From the sequence record DRR378314_264: a DNA stretch of 32,513 nucleotides. The stretch is one strand, 5' to 3'. The notes beneath the pieces are model-generated. The model made no database searches. It was not told the DNA's origin and worked only from the letters and a program-made list of their open reading frames with translations. Position 1 is the stretch's first letter. The number at the start of each line of letters is the position of its first letter. Made by a program: the position numbers and the translations under genes. This document shows positions 26,198 to 32,513 of the stretch, one piece after another.

Positions 26198-27523
26198 ATG
26201 AGTTTTTCTTCACTCGGTTTGTCCGAGCAACTGGTCCGTGCCACAACTGACCAGGGTTACGAAACACCGTCCCCCATCCAGGCGAAAGCCATCCCCGCCG
26301 TTTTATCCGGCAGGGATGTGATGGCGGCTGCCCAGACGGGCACCGGTAAAACCGCAGGGTTTACCCTGCCATTGTTGCAACGCCTGGCGGAGAATCCCCG
26401 CACTGGCAAAGGGCCACGTGTTCTGATCCTGGCACCGACTCGCGAGTTGGCGGCCCAGGTTCACGACAGTGTCGCGCTTTACAGCCGATACATGCCGACC
26501 AAGTCCGCCGTGGTTTTCGGCGGCGTAAAAATTAATCCGCAGATGATGAAGCTGCGCAAAGGTCTGGACGTGCTGGTGGCCACACCTGGCCGTCTGATGG
26601 ACCTGTACCAGCAGAATGCGGTTCGCTTCAACGAAGTTGAAATCCTGGTGTTGGACGAAGCCGACCGTATGCTGGATATGGGCTTTATCCGCGACATCCG
26701 CAAGATTCTTGCGCTGTTGCCGGCCAAGCGCCAGAACCTGCTGTTCTCCGCCACCTTCTCCAACGAGATCCGCACCCTGGCCGAAGGCCTGCTGGATAAC
26801 CCGGTACAAGTGGAAGTGGCAGCCCGCAACACCGCTGCGGAAAGCATCAAGCAGTCTGTCTACCCGGTGGACCAGAGCCAGAAAACCGCTCTGTTGAGCA
26901 AGTTGGTGCGTGATAATGGTTGGGAGCAGGTGCTGGTGTTTACCCGTACCAAGCACGGCGCCAACCGCCTGACCCAGAAGCTGGAGCGCGACGGCATTAC
27001 CGCTGCCGCTATCCACGGCAACAAGTCACAGGGCGCCCGTACCCGTGCCCTGGCCGATTTCAAGCAGGGTGAAGTGCGTGTGTTGGTCGCAACCGACATC
27101 GCGGCCCGTGGCCTGGACATCAAGCAGCTGCCTCAGGTGGTGAACTTTGAATTGCCGAACGTGCCGGAAGACTACGTTCACCGCATTGGCCGTACCGGTC
27201 GTGCTGGTGAAAGCGGCCACGCACTGTCACTGGTCAGTGCCGATGAGGGCAAGATGCTTGCTGGCATTGAGAGGCTGATCAAGAAGCAGTTGCCGCGCAA
27301 GAGCGTGGAAGGCTTTGAACCCACCAATAACCTGCCCCTGAAACCCAAGGCCAAGGCGGACCCCAGCCGAGCGCGTGGTCGCGGCGGTAACGGTGGTGGC
27401 AACGGAAAGCCCGGCGGCAATGGCCGTAGCTTTGGTGGCAAGCCGGGAGGTCGCAGTGGTGGTCGAAGCCAGAATGGCAATGGCGGCCAGGCAAGGCGTT
27501 CCTCTCAGCGCGAAACCGCGTAA
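26198..27523 (+). CDS. rhlE: DEAD-box RNA helicase, RhlE-like
   Basis: [53 protein letters not shown], Gly/Arg-rich tail. Confidence 0.92.
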   Translation: MSFSSLGLSEQLVRATTDQGYETPSPIQAKAIPAVLSGRDVMAAAQTGTGKTAGFTLPLLQRLAENPRTGKGPRVLILAPTRELAAQVHDSVALYSRYMPTKSAVVFGGVKINPQMMKLRKGLDVLVATPGRLMDLYQQNAVRFNEVEILVLDEADRMLDMGFIRDIRKILALLPAKRQNLLFSATFSNEIRTLAEGLLDNPVQVEVAARNTAAESIKQSVYPVDQSQKTALLSKLVRDNGWEQVLVFTRTKHGANRLTQKLERDGITAAAIHGNKSQGARTRALADFKQGEVRVLVATDIAARGLDIKQLPQVVNFELPNVPEDYVHRIGRTGRAGESGHALSLVSADEGKMLAGIERLIKKQLPRKSVEGFEPTNNLPLKPKAKADPSRARGRGGNGGGNGKPGGNGRSFGGKPGGRSGGRSQNGNGGQARRSSQRETA

Positions 27524-27538
27524 TTCTGCTTTTTCCGG

Positions 27539-27564
27539 AAAAAAGCGGGGCCCGAAGGCCCCGC
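27539..27564 (-). terminator. Intrinsic terminator of ompW
   Basis: Minus strand GCGGGGCC-TTCG-GGCCCCGC-TTTTTT, a C(UUCG)G tetraloop. Confidence 0.88.
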
Positions 27565-27623
27565 ACTGGAGGACGTACCGACCAGATACCCTTCGATTTG
27601 CGGGTGCCTGGCCGGTACGTAAA

Positions 27624-28283
27624 TCAGAACTTGTAGGTGAAGCCGACCATGTAAACCATGGGGTCGATCTCTACATCTAGCGTGTCGAGCGTTTCGATCT
27701 CCGCTTCTGTATCAATATCCGCCCACCAGATAGCTGCATTCAAGCCAAACTGCTCACTGAGCATGTAATCCACACCCATCTCCACTGCCACACCGATACT
27801 GTCTTCCAGCTCAATGTCGAGGCCCTCAAGCGCACCGACGGTCTTCTCTTCGAAGAAATTTGTGTAGTTAACACCGATACCCACGAAGGGTTGAAGCGTG
27901 GAGGTGCTGTGCATGGGGAAATACTGCAGGGTAAGCGTGGGAGGCAAGTGCTTTGTTTCCGCAACTTTTCCGAGCGCCGCAATATCGCCTTCTCCGCTGA
28001 TCGTGTGTTTGAACGGAGTAGCCCCCAACAAGCCAACACCAAGGTTGCTGGTAAACATGTACGTTGCGCGAATCCCCAGTTGTGAATTCGCGTCCACGCC
28101 GACACGGGCGTCAGAGCCCAGGGCGGCTACGCCGTTAACGGTAATGACATCACTGGAGTCATCGGGTGCGACGTGTGCGGCACCGGCACGCACAATGAAA
28201 TCACCCGCCTCGAAAGCCTGAGCAACCGGAACCATGGCCATCATGGAAGCGGCCAGAACACCAAGGGTAAAACGACGGGACAT
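27624..28283 (-). CDS. ompW: OmpW/OprG-family outer membrane protein
   Basis: Signal peptide then FEAGDFIVRAG, LLGATPFKH, TKHLPPTLTLQY, GVNYT, IDPMVYMVGFTYKF; AAGGAG RBS before ATG 28283. Confidence 0.93.
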   Translation of the reverse strand: MSRRFTLGVLAASMMAMVPVAQAFEAGDFIVRAGAAHVAPDDSSDVITVNGVAALGSDARVGVDANSQLGIRATYMFTSNLGVGLLGATPFKHTISGEGDIAALGKVAETKHLPPTLTLQYFPMHSTSTLQPFVGIGVNYTNFFEEKTVGALEGLDIELEDSIGVAVEMGVDYMLSEQFGLNAAIWWADIDTEAEIETLDTLDVEIDPMVYMVGFTYKF

Positions 28284-28344
28284 ATCCCTCTCCTTAACCT
28301 GAATCGTTGATGGGATAAGGTTAATGGCAATGGAGAACGGGGAC

Positions 28345-28358
28345 TTGATATAGCGCAA
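28345..28358 (-). promoter_or_regulatory. FNR/ANR box, proximal, ompW promoter
   Basis: TTGAT-ATAG-CGCAA versus TTGAT-N4-ATCAA; minus-strand -10 TAACCT at 28323-28318 gives class II spacing. Confidence 0.72.
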
Positions 28359-28394
28359 GTACGCTCGGTTCCGGAGGCCGGGTCGGCCTGAGGC

Positions 28395-28408
28395 TTGATT
28401 CAACTCAA
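28395..28408 (-). promoter_or_regulatory. FNR/ANR box, distal
   Basis: TTGAT-TCAA-CTCAA, 9 of 10 consensus positions. Confidence 0.68.
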
Positions 28409-28441
28409 AAAATGGAACGAAGAGGGTAGTTCTACGGGTTG

Positions 28442-28933
28442 TCAGCCGACGTTCTTTTTGCGTCCCGCCACCTTGCGCTCGCGGGACGCATTCTCGCTTT
28501 CCGGAACAAACACATCACGCACAGTGAGCGACTTGCCGTCGGCATCCTGAACCTCTACCTGGCGGATGGTTCGGCCGGTTTCGCGGTCCCGAAGGTCCAG
28601 CGGTGCCTGGTCCGGCGCCGGGTTCCACTTGTCACCCCACTGGCGTAGGGCAATGACGATGGGGAACAGCTCACGGCCCTTGTCCGTAAGGCGATACTCG
28701 AAACGTGAGCCGTGCTCGCCCACATCCACCTTTTTCAGAACCTCGTTGTCCACCAGTCGTGCCAACCGGTCACAGAGGATGTTACGGGCAATGCCCAGTT
28801 CCTGCTGAAAGTCCACAAAGCGGCGCGTGCCATACATGGCGTGCAGCACCACAAGCAGGGACCACCAGTCGCCCACTTCATTGAGGGCGCGGGCGACGGA
28901 GCAACTGGAATCGTCAAAACGTTTTCTGGCCAT
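28442..28933 (-). CDS. HxlR-family winged-helix regulator
   Basis: CSVARALNEVGDWWSLLVV, GTRRFVDFQQELGIARNIL, EYRLTDKGREL, LRQWG. Confidence 0.92.
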   Translation of the reverse strand: MARKRFDDSSCSVARALNEVGDWWSLLVVLHAMYGTRRFVDFQQELGIARNILCDRLARLVDNEVLKKVDVGEHGSRFEYRLTDKGRELFPIVIALRQWGDKWNPAPDQAPLDLRDRETGRTIRQVEVQDADGKSLTVRDVFVPESENASRERKVAGRKKNVG

Positions 28934-28954
28934 GTTTCGGAGTGTACCTAATAG

Positions 28955-29004
28955 GGTTGCATTTTAAAACCAGATTCAATAAGGTTGCTTAAAGAAACCA
29001 GATT
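28955..29004. promoter_or_regulatory. Tandem putative HxlR operators
   Basis: GGTTGC-N6-AAACCAGATT at 28955 and 28983; each is a GGTT-N9-AACC inverted repeat. Confidence 0.7.
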
Positions 29005-29023
29005 AGTGAGGTTGCGATCTACC

Positions 29024-30136
29024 ATGAGCATGAACCTTGGTCCCCTGTTTGAACCCTTTGAACTCCATAACCTGACCCTGCGCAATCGCGTGGCGATGGC
29101 CCCGATGACCCGCAATTTCTCGCCGGGCAATGCGCCGAGCCAGGATGTGGTGGACTACTACCGCCGCCGTGCTGAAGGTGGTGTTGGGCTGCTGATTACC
29201 GAGGGCACCACGGTCAACCACCCTGGCGCCAACGGGTATCCGAACGTGCCGTTTTTCCACGGCAACACAGCCCTTGCGGGTTGGAAGGAGGTGGTTGATG
29301 CGGTCCACGAGGCCGGTGGGGCTATCTTCCCTCAACTGTGGCATGTGGGCGCGGTACGCAAGGAAGGCACCGAGCCGGATCCCTCCGTACCGGGTTACAG
29401 CCCTTCCGGCCTGTTTGCTCCTGGCAAGCCCAACGGCAAGGCCATGAGTAAGGGCGATATTGACGATGTCATCACGGCGTTTGCCGATGCGGCACAGGAC
29501 GCCAAGGCCCTGGGCTTTGACGGCGTGGAAATTCATGGTGCCCACGGCTACCTACTGGATCAGTTCCTTTGGGAAGGCACGAACCAGCGTGACGATGAGT
29601 ACGGCGGTAGCATGGAAAACCGTCTGCGCTTTGTGGTGGAAATCATTGAAGCGGTTCGCCACCGCGTCGGTCCGGATTACCCCATCATGCTGCGTTTCTC
29701 TCAATGGAAGCAGCAGGATTATGAAGCGAAGCTGGTAAACACCCCGGAAGAGCTGGAGCAGTTCCTGACACCGCTGGTGGATGCTGGTGTGGATATTTTC
29801 CATGCTTCCACGCGTCGCTTCTGGGAGCCGGAATTCGAGGGGTCCAACCTCAACCTGGCGGGCTGGACCCAGAAGCTGTCAGGAAAGCCGACGATGTCGG
29901 TGGGCAGTGTGGGCCTGACCGAAGATTTCATCAGCGGCACCTTCGCGAGTAAAAAGGAAGCGGTCGAGCAATCCGGTATCGACGAGCTGGTTGAGCGTAT
30001 GAATAACAGCGAGTTCGAGTTGATCGCCGTAGGCCGTGCACTGCTGCAGGATCCGGAATGGCTGGTGAAAGTGAAAGAAGGTCGTATTGGCGAAGTTGAG
30101 CCATTCGCGAAGAAATCATTGGCGAAACTATACTGA
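29024..30136 (+). CDS. NADH:flavin oxidoreductase (old yellow enzyme family)
   Basis: LRNRVAMAPMTR, YYRRRA, QLWHVG, GFDGVEIHGAHGYLLDQF, TNQRDDEYGGS, VGRALL. Confidence 0.94.
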   Translation: MSMNLGPLFEPFELHNLTLRNRVAMAPMTRNFSPGNAPSQDVVDYYRRRAEGGVGLLITEGTTVNHPGANGYPNVPFFHGNTALAGWKEVVDAVHEAGGAIFPQLWHVGAVRKEGTEPDPSVPGYSPSGLFAPGKPNGKAMSKGDIDDVITAFADAAQDAKALGFDGVEIHGAHGYLLDQFLWEGTNQRDDEYGGSMENRLRFVVEIIEAVRHRVGPDYPIMLRFSQWKQQDYEAKLVNTPEELEQFLTPLVDAGVDIFHASTRRFWEPEFEGSNLNLAGWTQKLSGKPTMSVGSVGLTEDFISGTFASKKEAVEQSGIDELVERMNNSEFELIAVGRALLQDPEWLVKVKEGRIGEVEPFAKKSLAKLY

Positions 30137-30157
30137 GGCAATACTGCGTTGACGATC

Positions 30158-30185
30158 AGCCCCGGCCAGACACCGGGGCTTTTTT
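30158..30185 (+). terminator. Intrinsic terminator
   Basis: AGCCCCGG-CCAGACA-CCGGGGCT followed by TTTTT. Confidence 0.88.
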
Positions 30186-30265
30186 GTGTCTGTCCGAGCT
30201 GTAATTTAACCTTGTCCCAAAACCCGTATGATTGGTGTACTTGTTCTCAACAGAAGGGGCACATC

Positions 30266-30577
30266 ATGAAGTCTGTTACCTCGTTACCCGCCATCGTTTT
30301 GCTTGCGTTGACCATGGTCGTGGCTGGCTGCGCTACGGTTGGTCAGGACTTTGCCACCCACAATGTTGACCAGATCGAAATCGGTGACACCACCCGTTCG
30401 GATATCCAGGACATGTTTGGTGAACCCTGGCGCACCGGCATCGAGGATGGCAAGCGCACCTGGACGTATGGCAAATATCGCTGGTCTGCCTTTGGTGATG
30501 CCGAAACAACGGATCTGGTGGTGCGCTTCAACGAAGACGGCACGGTGTCGTCCTACGTCTACAACACCACCGAGTAA
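30266..30577 (+). CDS. SmpA/BamE-domain lipoprotein
   Basis: Lipobox VAGC; IEIGDTTRSDIQDMFGEP, WTY, LVVRFNEDGTV. Confidence 0.8.
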   Translation: MKSVTSLPAIVLLALTMVVAGCATVGQDFATHNVDQIEIGDTTRSDIQDMFGEPWRTGIEDGKRTWTYGKYRWSAFGDAETTDLVVRFNEDGTVSSYVYNTTE

Positions 30578-30706
30578 ACGCCGGCTCGGCTGGTGAATCA
30601 CAATGGCAGCGCCGGGAAGAGGATCAATACTACGTAAAATCGCGGAATTTGAGCTAGATTGTCAGTAGAAGAGCGCCTCATTCACAGGTGAAAGAGGAGA
30701 AACACC

Positions 30707-31249
30707 ATGATACGTTTATTCTATCTGGTATCTTCGATTGACAGTGCAAAAGAAATTTCCGACGACCTTCACGAGCATGATGTCACTGACTGGCGTTTCC
30801 ATATTGTCAGCAAGGACGAAGCCGGCCTGTACACCCACCAGCTACACACCGCGTCCATCCTGGACCGAACAGATCTGCCGAGGTATGTCGAGCGCGGCGC
30901 CATCGCCGGCTTCGTGCTGGCGATGGCCTTCCTCGTTCCTCTGGCCTTGCTGGAGGTTCTGAGCATGCCGGCGGCTGCCTGGATCGCCCTGTTTATCTTT
31001 GTGGTGGTTGCCGGGGCCTGGGTTGGTGGCTTTGGTGGTATTCAGAGTGAAAACTACCGGATCGAGCCGTTCCACCACGATATTGAGGCAGGGAGGTACC
31101 TGATCATGGTGGACGCCCCGAAAGACCACATTCCCAAGGTCAAGGAATTGATGGCGAAGAACCACCCCGAGGCGAAATTGCAGGGGCTGGACAGCAGTTT
31201 CAACAATCCGTTTGCCGGGAAACGGCGGCGTAAGATAAAACAGGCGTGA
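30707..31249 (+). CDS. Conserved hypothetical 2-TM membrane protein
   Basis: GAGGAG RBS; central Gly-rich hydrophobic hairpin; IEAGRYLIMVD. Confidence 0.75.
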   Translation: MIRLFYLVSSIDSAKEISDDLHEHDVTDWRFHIVSKDEAGLYTHQLHTASILDRTDLPRYVERGAIAGFVLAMAFLVPLALLEVLSMPAAAWIALFIFVVVAGAWVGGFGGIQSENYRIEPFHHDIEAGRYLIMVDAPKDHIPKVKELMAKNHPEAKLQGLDSSFNNPFAGKRRRKIKQA

Positions 31250-31280
31250 TGGAAAACGCTGACCTGCACGGAAGACTGCA

Positions 31281-32417
31281 ATGACGAAACGGGGCGTGAT
31301 TCTGACCGGCGGTGGCGCCAGGGCCGCCTACCAGGTGGGTGTGCTCCGCGCTATCGCGGATATGTACCCCGATTGGAATCACCCCTTCAATGTCATTATC
31401 GGCACGTCGGCCGGAGCCATCAACGCCATGGCCCTGGCGGGCAATCGAGGTCTCTTCCGTCACAATATTGATCATCTCGATAAAGTCTGGTCAGAACTGA
31501 CCATGGACCGGGTATTCCGGGCAGACACCTTCAGCCTGATGCGCAGTTTCAGCGCCATCGCCCGCAAGATGATCAGCCGCCCCATTGAGAGTGGGCCGGT
31601 CTCCTTTCTGGACAATTCACCGTTGCGGAGTTTGCTGGAGCAGGAGATTGATCTTCTGAGCATCCGGCAGACGATCCAGGAAGGCCACATTGATGCGGTG
31701 GGCCTGAACGCCTGCGGTTATGCCACTGGCCAGAACGTCTGCTTTTTTGAAGGTGTCGAGGGCCTGCAGGGTTGGTCGGTTGGACAGCGCGGCGGGACTC
31801 GCACGGAGCTGGCCGTGGACCACATCATGGCGTCCGCGGCCATTCCTACCCTGTTTGCACCGGTGAAGGTCAACCGTGAGTATTTCGGTGACGGCGTTAC
31901 CCGACAGATGGCTCATATCAGCCCGGCGTTGCGACTGGGGGCCCGCAAGGTGCTGGTGATTGGCGTCAGTGCTAATGCCATGTGCCCGCCAAAGCGTCCG
32001 GAAAAGCCGGGCATGCCGACGTTGACGCAAGTGTTAGCCCACGTGTTCAACGGCATGTTTCTGGACACGCTGGACTACGACATTGACCGTTCGCGGTTGA
32101 TTAACCAATTGCTGGAATTGATCCCCGAGAAGCGGCTCAAGGAATCCGGGCTTGATCTGAACCCGGTGGATATTCTGGAGATCTCCCCCTCCGAGCCCAT
32201 CAACGAAATCGCCATGAAGTACATTGATGCCATGCCGTTGGTATTGCGGCGGCTGACCGGTGCGTCGGACAATGCCCCATTCTCCAGCGCCAACCTCGCC
32301 AGTTTCCTGCTGTTCGATAAGCGCTTTTGTCGCGACTTGATTGCCCTGGGTTACCGGGACGGCCAGAGCCAGTCCCGGCAGATCGAGCGGTTTTTTGCAA
32401 AGGAATCGGAGGGCTGA
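31281..32417 (+). CDS. Patatin-like phospholipase
   Basis: LTGGGARAAYQVG, GTSAG nucleophile elbow, ASAAIP, FGDG. Confidence 0.92.
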   Translation: MTKRGVILTGGGARAAYQVGVLRAIADMYPDWNHPFNVIIGTSAGAINAMALAGNRGLFRHNIDHLDKVWSELTMDRVFRADTFSLMRSFSAIARKMISRPIESGPVSFLDNSPLRSLLEQEIDLLSIRQTIQEGHIDAVGLNACGYATGQNVCFFEGVEGLQGWSVGQRGGTRTELAVDHIMASAAIPTLFAPVKVNREYFGDGVTRQMAHISPALRLGARKVLVIGVSANAMCPPKRPEKPGMPTLTQVLAHVFNGMFLDTLDYDIDRSRLINQLLELIPEKRLKESGLDLNPVDILEISPSEPINEIAMKYIDAMPLVLRRLTGASDNAPFSSANLASFLLFDKRFCRDLIALGYRDGQSQSRQIERFFAKESEG

Positions 32418-32422
32418 AGAAA

Positions 32423-32512
32423 TCAGCCCCTTAGCCCGCCAACCAGCTTGTCGATGCTTTCCTTGGCGTCGCCGAACAACATACGGGTGTTGTCCTTGAA
32501 GAACAGCGGGTT
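32423..32512 (-). CDS. pntB: NAD(P) transhydrogenase beta subunit, C-terminal end only
   Basis: Hand translation NPLFFKDNTRMLFGDAKESIDKLVGGLRG*, the PntB C-terminal motif. Confidence 0.9.
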   Translation of the reverse strand, partial: NPLFFKDNTRMLFGDAKESIDKLVGGLRG

Positions 32513-32513
32513 C

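Noticed and set aside
27375-27490. GGC/GGT/AAC-rich quasi-repeats
   Set aside because: They encode the Gly/Asn/Arg-rich tail normal for RhlE-like helicases
32411-32429. Hairpin GGGCTGA-AGAAA-TCAGCCC
   Set aside because: Arises from two convergent genes both ending GGC TGA; no U tract

Overview
A GC-rich gammaproteobacterial chromosome segment; the gene set looks Marinobacter-like, which is inference and not a database result. It is mostly stress and housekeeping genes: ahpC (partial) and ahpF, betIBA plus an unusually short BCCT transporter, an acetylpolyamine amidohydrolase, two c-di-GMP enzymes, LOG and PfkB genes, an AlmA-like flavin monooxygenase, a lipid A acyltransferase, a GluR0-like K+ channel, mltF, an RhlE-like helicase, ompW with two FNR boxes, an HxlR/old-yellow-enzyme pair, a patatin and the 3' end of pntB. 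The main unexpected element is an AT-richer patch at ~13990-16700. It holds an IS3 transposase scrap and what looks like an eroded integrase-less integron cassette array, with a 57-bp attC-like site whose R'' box is complementary to the core site in front of a two-gene cassette. Several intergenic regions carry unannotated candidates for cis-regulation: a 15-codon uORF with a long hairpin before the BCCT gene, an 8-codon uORF in a hairpin before pfkB, and alternative helices over the almA ribosome-binding site. All structures were paired by eye; no folding program or search was run.
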